Positions 17,222-25,364 of a stretch of 35,849 nt of DNA are shown in pieces (within the stretch, counting starts at the first letter, position 1; each line of letters opens with the position of its first letter). The notes beneath the pieces were generated by a model that searched no databases, had not been told where the DNA came from, and was given only the letters and a program-made list of their open reading frames with translations. The DNA lies in NCBI GenBank assembly GCA_945859975.1, contig CAMAPH010000031.1, positions 1-35,849 of the forward strand, written 5' to 3'. Source of the DNA: Chthonomonas calidirosea. Lineage in GTDB: Bacteria > Armatimonadota > Fimbriimonadia > Fimbriimonadales > Fimbriimonadaceae. The position numbers and the translations under genes were made by a program.

Positions 17222-20200
17222 ATGGACTTTAATGAGCTTGCGACCGCGTTTTGCCGCCGGGCAAACGGGCGCTTTTCCCGATTTCTCCTACCTGTTCTTC
17301 TTCTCACCATCTGCCCGACTTTTGCCTTTGCCGCAGAAGGGGACCACGTCAAACTGAGCTTCTCTAGCGATGTATTGCCGTACCTCTATGCGTCCATCGG
17401 CCTCGGCGTCCTGGCCCTCATCTATGCGTTTGTCCTGATCAAACAGCTGATGGCCGAATCGCCTGGCCCAGACACGATGCAAGTCGTTGGCAAGGCGATC
17501 AAAGACGGCGCCATGGCCTATCTGCAAAAGCAGTTCTTCACGATGGCCATCGTGGCGGTCTTCCTGTTCGCCGGACTGTTCGCGCTGAACGCCTCCAGCG
17601 GACCGATTGTTGCGGGCGGAGTCGCCCTTTGCTTTGCCGCTGGTCTCCTAGGCTCGTACGCCGCGGGTTACACCGGCATGGTGATGGCGGTCAACGCAAA
17701 CATGCGCGTTGCTTTTGCCGCGCTGAGCTCCTACAAAAAGTCGCTTGAAATCGCTTTCCGAAGCGGCGCGGTCGCCGGACTCGTTACGGTCGGTATCGGC
17801 CTCATCGGCGCGACGCTGATCCTCATTTTCGGCGGCGAACAAGCCGTCAAGTACCTCGTTGGCTTCGGCTTTGGTGGCTCCCTGGCTGCGCTCTTCATGC
17901 GCGTTGGCGGCGGGATCTTCACCAAGGCTGCTGACGTTGGTGCTGACCTGGTCGGCAAAGTTGAAGCAGGAATCCCTGAAGACGACCCGCGAAACCCGGC
18001 CGTAATCGCCGATAACGTCGGCGACAACGTGGGCGACTGCGCCGGTATGGCCGCAGACGTCTTCGAGTCTTACGAAGTCACGCTCATCTCCGCTATCGTT
18101 CTGGCCGCGGCGACTTCATCAGTCTTCGATCGCGACACCTGGACGAAGCTCGTTGTCTTTGCCCTCATCGCGGCTGGAGTTGGAATCCTCAGCAGCATCA
18201 TAGGTATCGCACGAGTCAAAGGTAGCGACAACCTCGACCTCGATCCGCTGATTCCAATCCGAAAGGGCTTCATCACCGCGGTCATCATCAGCCTCGTCGG
18301 CACGAGCGCAGTTGCATTCTTCCTCCTCGGTGGCCAAAAGCCGCTGAGCACCGGCCGACTGGTGTCGGTCCGAAAGTTTGAAGTCGACGAAGCGAAGTAC
18401 TTGCAGAATCTCCGAAAAGAGATCGCGGCTCAGAGTTACAACAAGGAAGCGATCCGATCTGCCGCCGACGCCAAGGCCAAGGAACTAAAGAAGGCCTTTA
18501 AGGACCTCACTATCTTTGACCTTTACGGCGACCGGGCCAAGGTTCCTGACGCCCTTAAGGCAGTTCCTCAAGCCGTCACCGCACGGATCATCGCCGACAA
18601 GGACACCCCGGTTCTGCCGTACGAGATCACTTCTGCCGACATTCTCCAGTCGCCAAAGGCAATTGCCAAGGGCTACAAAGAAGCAGACGAGATGGTCATC
18701 ACGAGCGCACTCAACGTGAAGCTCGCCGACATGACCGTGCCAGCCTTCGAAGGCTACACCCGCGTCACCAACCCAGATGACGCCAGCATTCCGCAGCTGA
18801 AGTTCGCCGTTCCGACGCCGATGAATCCGCAGACGAACAGCACCACGCCGTTCACCACCGTTGCGGCCTTCTTCCTCGGAAAAGGCGACGATCAGCTCGT
18901 ACTGAAGAAGCTCCAGATCAAAGCGAACCTTCCCGCCCAGCCCGGCGCGAACGGCCAGCCAGGCTCCCCGGCTCGAGACATCGACCAGATCCAATGGGTT
19001 GGTCCCGTCAAGAAAGGTGAAATCGAGAAGCAGATCACTGATCAGCGAGCGCAGATTAAGCAGCAAGGCCTCAAAGCCAGCATCGACGACCTCAAAACGG
19101 TCCCGGTCGAGTTGTATGCCAACAACCAAGGCAAGCTCGCACTCGGCGTGCCTTCCGAAGTTGATCGACCGCAGACTCTGCGCGCCGGAGCAACCACGTT
19201 CTTCCCAACCGATGTGAAGACGATGGAAGCCAGCCAGCAACCGATGGCCGGAATGCCGATGGCTTCTCCACCGTTGGAGAACGTTGAGCTTGCGGTTGTG
19301 CAGAGCTACGAGGTTCCCTGGTTCCTCTTCGTGATCGCGTTCGCCGTTGGTCTGATCCTCGCTCTTGTCATCGAAAAGGTCACCGAGTACTACGTCAGCA
19401 CCGGTAAGAAGCCAACCCAGGAAGTCGCCGGCGTCTCGAGCGGCGGTGCCGCACCGATGATCATTCAGGGCTTCGCCTATGCATGTGAATCCGGTGCCTT
19501 TATGACGCTGGTCCTCGTCATCGCGCTCCTCTGCCCGATGTTCATCTTCCCTGCCGCGCTGTATGGCGGCTACGAAATGGCGATGTTCGGAATCGCGCTA
19601 GTTGGCCTCGGCCTGCTCAGCACCACCGGATACGTTCTTGCCATGGACACCTTCGGCCCGATTTCGGACAACGCCCAGGGCGTGTTCGAAATGAGCGGTG
19701 AAGGCAAAGAAAGCCCAGCCGGTATGCAGGCTGTATCTCGGCTCGACGCCGCCGGTAACACCACCAAAGCCCTCACTAAGGGCTTTGCGATTGCTACCGC
19801 CGTCGTTGCTTCGATTGCGCTCTTCAACAGCTACCGAACGGAAGCCAACTTGGCAACCATCGGATTGAAGCTTGACGTGCCGGAAATCTTCCTCGGTCTC
19901 TTGATCGGCGGAGCCGCGCCGTTCCTGTTCTCGGCCTTTGCGATTAACGCGGTCGGACGCTCGTCCTTCCAGCTCATCAACGAAGTCCGACGCCAGTTCC
20001 GCGAGAAGCCCGGCATCATGACCGGCGCCGACAAGCCGGACTATGCCCGCTGCGTTGACATCGTCACCGCCTCGGCGCAGAAGGAACTCCTCGGACCCGG
20101 AATTCTCGCGATCGCCCTCCCCATCGCCGTCGGCTTTGGATTCAGTATCGGAAAGGAACCTACCGAGATCAACGGCCAGATGTTCAATCTGGTTGGCGCT

Positions 20201-20596
20201 CAGGCTTTGGGCGGATTCCTTGCCGGTGCCATCGTCTCCGGACAGTTGATGGCAGTTCTTCTTGCGAACGCAGGCGGAATGTGGGACAACGCTAAGAAGC
20301 TGATCGAAGACGGTCAGTTCGGCGGAAAGGGCTCCGAGAACCACAAGGCATCGGTCATTTGTGACACCGTGGGAGATCCGTTCAAGGACACCGCTGGTCC
20401 AGCGCTCAACCCGCTCATCAAGGTCATGAACCTTGTCGCGCTCCTGCTCGCTGGTGTCGTCACCATGCCGCTGGAGAACACGGTGAGAATCGCTGTCACC
20501 GTCGTCTGCGTCGCCGCTCTAGGCTACGCCGTGTATTCCACAAAGAAGGGATCATTCGCAGATGATCTCAACAATGTAGGAAAATCTGAAAATTAA
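17222..20596 (+). CDS. hppA: Membrane-bound ion-translocating pyrophosphatase, K+-independent type, with large insertion
   Basis: GGGIFTKAADVGADLVGKVE, EDDPRNPAVIADNVGDNVGD, DTFGPISDNAQG, GNTTKALTKG, GGMWDNAKK, DTVGDPFKDTAGPALN. SD-like GGGGAG upstream. Confidence 0.96.
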   Translation: MDFNELATAFCRRANGRFSRFLLPVLLLTICPTFAFAAEGDHVKLSFSSDVLPYLYASIGLGVLALIYAFVLIKQLMAESPGPDTMQVVGKAIKDGAMAYLQKQFFTMAIVAVFLFAGLFALNASSGPIVAGGVALCFAAGLLGSYAAGYTGMVMAVNANMRVAFAALSSYKKSLEIAFRSGAVAGLVTVGIGLIGATLILIFGGEQAVKYLVGFGFGGSLAALFMRVGGGIFTKAADVGADLVGKVEAGIPEDDPRNPAVIADNVGDNVGDCAGMAADVFESYEVTLISAIVLAAATSSVFDRDTWTKLVVFALIAAGVGILSSIIGIARVKGSDNLDLDPLIPIRKGFITAVIISLVGTSAVAFFLLGGQKPLSTGRLVSVRKFEVDEAKYLQNLRKEIAAQSYNKEAIRSAADAKAKELKKAFKDLTIFDLYGDRAKVPDALKAVPQAVTARIIADKDTPVLPYEITSADILQSPKAIAKGYKEADEMVITSALNVKLADMTVPAFEGYTRVTNPDDASIPQLKFAVPTPMNPQTNSTTPFTTVAAFFLGKGDDQLVLKKLQIKANLPAQPGANGQPGSPARDIDQIQWVGPVKKGEIEKQITDQRAQIKQQGLKASIDDLKTVPVELYANNQGKLALGVPSEVDRPQTLRAGATTFFPTDVKTMEASQQPMAGMPMASPPLENVELAVVQSYEVPWFLFVIAFAVGLILALVIEKVTEYYVSTGKKPTQEVAGVSSGGAAPMIIQGFAYACESGAFMTLVLVIALLCPMFIFPAALYGGYEMAMFGIALVGLGLLSTTGYVLAMDTFGPISDNAQGVFEMSGEGKESPAGMQAVSRLDAAGNTTKALTKGFAIATAVVASIALFNSYRTEANLATIGLKLDVPEIFLGLLIGGAAPFLFSAFAINAVGRSSFQLINEVRRQFREKPGIMTGADKPDYARCVDIVTASAQKELLGPGILAIALPIAVGFGFSIGKEPTEINGQMFNLVGAQALGGFLAGAIVSGQLMAVLLANAGGMWDNAKKLIEDGQFGGKGSENHKASVICDTVGDPFKDTAGPALNPLIKVMNLVALLLAGVVTMPLENTVRIAVTVVCVAALGYAVYSTKKGSFADDLNNVGKSEN

Positions 20597-20630
20597 CGAC
20601 AAATAAGCACCGTTATCGCTTACCACTCCT

Positions 20631-20675
20631 GAAACTTCGCGCTGGGCCATTGTGCCCAGCGCGAAGTTTCTGTTT
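20631..20675 (+). terminator. 17-bp perfect inverted repeat, likely terminator after hppA
   Basis: GAAACTTCGCGCTGGGC-cattgt-GCCCAGCGCGAAGTTTC followed by TGTTT, 35 nt after the hppA stop. Confidence 0.65.
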
Positions 20676-20708
20676 AGGGGGAGTGATTAACTGGCCTTGT
20701 GAGCTCCC

Positions 20709-20948
20709 ATGCGAAGTGAAAGCGATACCAGAGGGCTCAAACTTGCCCGCAGTGAATTCAGTCGACGCGGCCTTGATATCTCCCGAGCAGATTTCCGCCT
20801 TACCCGAGGCGTCCTGCAGGTTCAAGGCATCCTTGGCGTCGGGCATAGTAGCAATGCCGATGTCAAGAGCGCGGTCGAAATCATCTTTAAAGTCCTGAAA
20901 TCCAAGCCGGAGATCAAAGACATCGTGATCACCGCGATGTATCGCTAA
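20709..20948 (+). CDS. Small basic hypothetical protein (possibly BON-like fold)
   Basis: The 79-aa ORF fills the gap between the hairpin and folC. Pattern GVLQVQG..LKSKPEIKDIV recalls BON domains. Confidence 0.55.
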   Translation: MRSESDTRGLKLARSEFSRRGLDISRADFRLTRGVLQVQGILGVGHSSNADVKSAVEIIFKVLKSKPEIKDIVITAMYR

Positions 20949-22207
20949 GCCACGAACCGGCTGATTGCGTCGCCGACCAAGTAGAAACTACCGGTCACGA
21001 CAATCAAATCCTCCGGCCCGTCCAAAGCGGCGGCCATGGCCTGCTCTAGGCTAGCGTGAGGGGTCGCCGAGATTCCGAGCGCAACAACTTCGGCGGCAAT
21101 TTCTTCGGTCGACCGCGCCCGCGGATTGTCAAGTGGAGCCACTTCTGCCCGTGTACACGGGCCAAGAAATGACTCGTAAAACGGTTGCGCTTCGTGGCCT
21201 CGGAGCATGCTGGTAACGAGGGCGTATTTGCGGTCCCCGAACCGCTGATCCAGCGATTGCCTCAGAACCAGCGCCGAGTCGACGTTGTGCGCGCCATCAA
21301 AAACCACGGTCTTCCCTTTTACTGTTGCGGTCTGGAATCGTCCCGGAGCAAAAGCAGTGGAGATTCCGTGGAGTAACTCTTCAGTCGTTGGGACTCCGGC
21401 TAGCTGGAGCGCCGCGATTGCAAGGGCCGCATTGTGCGGCTGCTTCGCGCCGAAGAGTCCAGGTCGAACCGGGCCGAACCTTCCCGTGGGGGTAACAAGC
21501 TCCTCCCCTTCCAACCGGATCTCGTGACCAAACTCCCAAACTTCCGCGTTGTTCTCTCGGGCAACTTCAAGAATCGCGGTGCGTGCTTCCGGCGGCGTTT
21601 CTCCGAGCACTAACGGACGCCCTGGCTTGATGATCCCTGCCTTCTCGCGCGCGATGAGTTCAATCGTGTCCCCGAGAATGTGCATATGATCCATCCCGAT
21701 GCTAACGATGATCGCGCAAGCCGGATCAACGACGTTCGTCGAATCGAGCCTCCCGCCCAGCCCGACCTCAAGCGACACCAATTCGCACTGCCGCTCTTGC
21801 CAGTACCAAAATCCGATTGCGGTCTTGAGCTCAAACTCTGTCACTCCGCCAAACTCGGTGCCGTCCATCTCGTCAACGGTCGCCTTAATCAAGGCGGTGA
21901 TCCGCGCGAACTCGTCTTTCGGAATAAGCTCTAGGCCAAACTGCACTCGCTCTCGCGGATCAACCACAAACGGACTAAAGAACGCTCCCGTCCTTAATCC
22001 TGCGGCATGAGCGGCGTGTTGAACATACGCGGTTGTAGACCCCTTCCCATTCGTTCCGGCAATGTGGATGTACTTCGGCCGCTCCGGTCCGCGCAGGAAC
22101 GGAACCAGCCCCAGCCGGTTCACAAACTCCGCAGTGCGTTCCATGCCGAGCTTCCAACCCCGACTTTCTAGACTAGAAATGTACTTAAGTGCCTGTTCGT
22201 ATGTCAT
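20945..22207 (-). CDS. folC: Folylpolyglutamate synthase / dihydrofolate synthase
   Basis: MTYEQAL start, IHIAGTNGKGST, EVGLGGRLDSTNV, IAREKAGIIKPG, PGRF, DGAHN, VVTGSFYLVG. Confidence 0.96.
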   Translation of the reverse strand: MTYEQALKYISSLESRGWKLGMERTAEFVNRLGLVPFLRGPERPKYIHIAGTNGKGSTTAYVQHAAHAAGLRTGAFFSPFVVDPRERVQFGLELIPKDEFARITALIKATVDEMDGTEFGGVTEFELKTAIGFWYWQERQCELVSLEVGLGGRLDSTNVVDPACAIIVSIGMDHMHILGDTIELIAREKAGIIKPGRPLVLGETPPEARTAILEVARENNAEVWEFGHEIRLEGEELVTPTGRFGPVRPGLFGAKQPHNAALAIAALQLAGVPTTEELLHGISTAFAPGRFQTATVKGKTVVFDGAHNVDSALVLRQSLDQRFGDRKYALVTSMLRGHEAQPFYESFLGPCTRAEVAPLDNPRARSTEEIAAEVVALGISATPHASLEQAMAAALDGPEDLIVVTGSFYLVGDAISRFVA

Positions 22208-22255
22208 TTCGCATCTTTTCGCAACCTGCCCACGTTCTCTAGTTGAGACAACCTC

Positions 22256-23140
22256 ATGAACCAAACTCAATTGGCTCTCTGGAACCAACTCGAAGCCTTT
22301 AATATCGGCACTGGCTCGGAACCTTTCTCATTCACCAAACGGCTCGCGGCAGAAAACGGATGGAGTGTGGCGTACGCCGATCGCGTTTTGCAGGAGTACC
22401 GGAAATTCCTCTTTCTCTGCATGGAGTCTGGCCACGTTTGCACACCGTCCGTCCAAGTTGACGAAGCTTGGCACCTCCACCTGACCTACACGCGAAGCTA
22501 CTGGGACGACCTTTGCGCAAACGTCCTTCCCCGACCGCTCCACCACGATCCGACAACGGGCGGAAATCAGCAAGCAACGTACTTCCACGAGCGGTATCTG
22601 CAAACCCTGGAATCGTACGAAAGCTTCTTCGGCGCACCCGCTCCACGCGACATTTGGCCGGGCATGGCTGAGCGCTTTAGCCCCGCTGCCGAAGCCAAAA
22701 AGGTGTTTCCGAACGAGTACTGGCTGATTCCAAAGTCTGGGTTCCGCAAGCGATTCTCCCTGGCCGCCACCGCCTCCCTCGTGAGTCTAGGTGTGGTTGG
22801 TTGCGGAACGGCCGTCGCCGCGGTGAGCCCTGGAAATCAAGTCCTGCTGATCTTTGGAATCTTCATCATTGCCTTGATTGGTCTGCTCATCGTGTTCCTT
22901 CGCCGAAACCGTGACCGGTTCAACTCTGGCGGCACGGACAACTCCAGCTTCCAGGATACGAGCAGTCCCTTCTTCTGGAGCGGATTCCATGGCGGCTCTT
23001 ACGACTCGAACAATTCCTCAAGCGATAGTTCTTCCAGCGGCGGCGACTCCTCCGGCAGCGATGGCGGAGGTGGCGGAGGCAGCGACGGTGGCGGTGGAGG
23101 CTGCGGTGGTGGATGTGGCGGCGGCTGCGGCGGAGGCTAG
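22256..23140 (+). CDS. Glycine-rich domain (GRDP/DUF1399-like) membrane protein with Gly/Cys tail
   Basis: FTKRLAAENGWS..EYRKFLFL..TPSVQVDEAWHLHLTYTRSYW..LHHDPT, two hydrophobic segments, and a C-terminal GGGGCGGGCGGGCGGG tail. Confidence 0.78.
   Translation: MNQTQLALWNQLEAFNIGTGSEPFSFTKRLAAENGWSVAYADRVLQEYRKFLFLCMESGHVCTPSVQVDEAWHLHLTYTRSYWDDLCANVLPRPLHHDPTTGGNQQATYFHERYLQTLESYESFFGAPAPRDIWPGMAERFSPAAEAKKVFPNEYWLIPKSGFRKRFSLAATASLVSLGVVGCGTAVAAVSPGNQVLLIFGIFIIALIGLLIVFLRRNRDRFNSGGTDNSSFQDTSSPFFWSGFHGGSYDSNNSSSDSSSSGGDSSGSDGGGGGGSDGGGGGCGGGCGGGCGGG
23020..23137 (+). repeat. Low-complexity GGN/AGC codon repeat (Ser/Gly/Cys tail)
   Basis: Repeated ggc/ggt/gga codons encode SSSDSSSSGGDSSGSDGGGGGGSDGGGGGCGGGCGGGCGGG. 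Confidence 0.7.
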
Positions 23141-23157
23141 CCGTCGCCCTTGGCTAC

Positions 23158-23811
23158 TTACGACTTGCGCCGAAACTGAAACTTCGAGGAACTCACCAAT
23201 TCATAGGCATAAGGCACCGCGTTTTCGGGGTGCTTTTTGCCGTAGGTCGTCTTTCCTTCTAGAATCTCCATAAGGACTCCGCCCGCTCCGGAGTGCCCGA
23301 CAATCAGGACGGAGCCGTAGTTCGGCCCGAACTCGGTCGCCAGCCGCCTCGCCCCCTGACGAACCTGCATAACGCCATCTGAGAACGTCTGACTGACGAT
23401 TAGCTTCTCATGGCCCGGTTCGATCCGGAAGAGCGGCGCGATGTCCTTTGGAATCGCGAATGCCGCCCCCATGCGAATCTTTCCGTTGCCATCCATCCGC
23501 TTGTTTCGCCCGGTGCAGCATTCGTAAAGTTCTGGCCAAACGGTTGCCTTTTGGCCCGTGGCTTTAAGAAACGGAGCAACGGTTCGGAGGGCACGCTCGG
23601 AAGGGCTTACTATGATCGCGTTGAATCGGCGAGTGCCGAGTCCTTTAGTCAACTTTGCGACCTGAGCTTTCCCCTTGTCGGAGAACGTGTTGATCGTCTT
23701 GGAGTTGTAACGACCGGTGGCATTTGCCAGGGTCTCGCCATGGCGAACGATCAGAAGGCTGGTTTGCTCCGCCGGAGCAAGCGCCACAGAAGCAAGAAGA
23801 GCAAGCATCAT
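23158..23811 (-). CDS. Secreted histidine phosphatase (phosphoglycerate mutase-like) family protein
   Basis: LLIVRHGET, VSPSERALRT, LIVGHSG. Signal peptide MMLALLASVALA. ATGA overlap with the melA stop. Confidence 0.85.
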   Translation of the reverse strand: MMLALLASVALAPAEQTSLLIVRHGETLANATGRYNSKTINTFSDKGKAQVAKLTKGLGTRRFNAIIVSPSERALRTVAPFLKATGQKATVWPELYECCTGRNKRMDGNGKIRMGAAFAIPKDIAPLFRIEPGHEKLIVSQTFSDGVMQVRQGARRLATEFGPNYGSVLIVGHSGAGGVLMEILEGKTTYGKKHPENAVPYAYELVSSSKFQFRRKS

Positions 23812-25349
23812 ACGGCTGCCGGTCGCTCCTTTGCCTTGTCCGATTCCGCCACCACCGATCGCATCTCTTCCTTCGCCGCCGACATCTCTTCGACCGACTT
23901 GGTGTGAATGCGCGCGGCACCGGAATACTCCTTGGTCAGAACCGTGGAGTTGGCCAATCGCTCTTGAGCCGCCGGAATTGCATCCTCGTATTGCGGCAAC
24001 CACTCGGCCAAAGCCACTAGCATCTCGTCCGCCATTTGCCAAACTTCCGGCGGGTTGCAAACCGCCGCCGTCAGCGGATCAAGCAGCATCGCCTGCTTCA
24101 GCATCGTCACATCCCCGCTCACGGCGGCTTCGACGGCCAGTCGCTGGACCGAAATCGAAGCGTTGCAAACCGCCGCACAACCGAGCGGCAAGTCTCCTAC
24201 TTCGGGCATCGAAATGCCGTTCGCATCAATGTATCCCGGCGCCTCGATAATGCAGTCCGGCGGCAAGTTCGCGATGATCGAATCGTTGACAACGTTGAAG
24301 TGGCCACGATAGACGCGCCCGGTCTCAAGTCCTTCAATGATGTAGCTCGCGTGCTCCTCGCCGCGTTTCTCAGGTTCAAAGGTCAGCGGATCGGCGGTCA
24401 TCCAGTTCGGGAAGTCGTGCTCGAACCACCGTCGTCCTTCGGTGCAAACTCTCAGATAGCCACCTGTCTCGCCGTTGATCCATGAGCCGAGATCGATCCA
24501 GTCCATGATCTCAGAAGCGCGCTTTCGGTACCACGGCAAGTACTCGCTGAGGTGTCCGTTCGATTCGGTGCTGTAGTAGCCAAATCGCCGCAGAACGTCG
24601 ATGCGGACTTTCTCGGTCTTCCGGAAATCTTCGACCAGTTCAAACGCTTCGAGCAGGTGCGGAACCATGTCCATCCCACGCCAACGGACTTGGATGTACC
24701 AAGTCTGGTGATTAATGCCCGCGCAGATGATGTGGACGTCCTTCTTGGTGACCTTATCCTCCGGACCAATCAGCTCGTGAGCTTTCGCCCAAGCTTCGAT
24801 GGCCCGAGATATCTGGGAATGCCCGCCTTGAACCCCGTGACAAAGTCCGATGGTGTTCACGCCACCGTACTGGTTACATGCCCAAGTGAGCATCGCCATC
24901 GGGTTTGAGTAGTTCAGGAACAGGCAATCGTCCGCGGCGACTTCCCGAATGTCCTTACAGAAATCGAGCAGGACCGGAATTCCGCGCTGGGCGTACATGA
25001 TCCCACCTGGTCCAAGCGTGTCACCAACGCACTGATCGACGCCGTACTTGAGCGGAATATCGATATCGTGCTGGAACGCTTCGAGCCCACCGACGCGCAC
25101 GAATGAGAGCACGTAATCGGCTCCGTCCAAGGCCTCGCGCCGCTCGACTGTGCTGGATACCGTCGCAGGCATATTGCTCGACTGAAAGTCTCTCGTGACC
25201 AGTTGCGTGACCATGTCCAGGTTGTGCTGGTTCAGGTCAGTGAAGTGAAACCGCGTGTCCTGCAACTCCGGCACGGTCAAGATGTCGCGGCAAACGTTCC
25301 GCGTGAACCCGACGCTTCCGGCACCAATGACGGCTACTTTGATACTCAT
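23808..25349 (-). CDS. melA: GH4 NAD+/Mn2+-dependent alpha-galactosidase (MelA-like)
   Basis: IGAGSVGF, DIDIPLKYGVDQCVGDTLGPGG, LNYSNPM, GLCHGVQ, AGINHQ, TESNGHLSEY. Confidence 0.88.
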   Translation of the reverse strand: MSIKVAVIGAGSVGFTRNVCRDILTVPELQDTRFHFTDLNQHNLDMVTQLVTRDFQSSNMPATVSSTVERREALDGADYVLSFVRVGGLEAFQHDIDIPLKYGVDQCVGDTLGPGGIMYAQRGIPVLLDFCKDIREVAADDCLFLNYSNPMAMLTWACNQYGGVNTIGLCHGVQGGHSQISRAIEAWAKAHELIGPEDKVTKKDVHIICAGINHQTWYIQVRWRGMDMVPHLLEAFELVEDFRKTEKVRIDVLRRFGYYSTESNGHLSEYLPWYRKRASEIMDWIDLGSWINGETGGYLRVCTEGRRWFEHDFPNWMTADPLTFEPEKRGEEHASYIIEGLETGRVYRGHFNVVNDSIIANLPPDCIIEAPGYIDANGISMPEVGDLPLGCAAVCNASISVQRLAVEAAVSGDVTMLKQAMLLDPLTAAVCNPPEVWQMADEMLVALAEWLPQYEDAIPAAQERLANSTVLTKEYSGAARIHTKSVEEMSAAKEEMRSVVAESDKAKERPAAV

Positions 25350-25364
25350 AAGTCTTCGCGTATC

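Noticed and set aside
18330..19310. HppA insertion as an intein or mobile element
   Set aside because: No Cys/Ser...His-Asn splice junctions, LAGLIDADG motifs or terminal repeats, and codon style matches the host gene.
23812..24060. N-terminal extension of the histidine phosphatase ORF
   Set aside because: Overlaps melA in another frame. The real start is the ATGA-coupled ATG at 23811, followed by a signal peptide.
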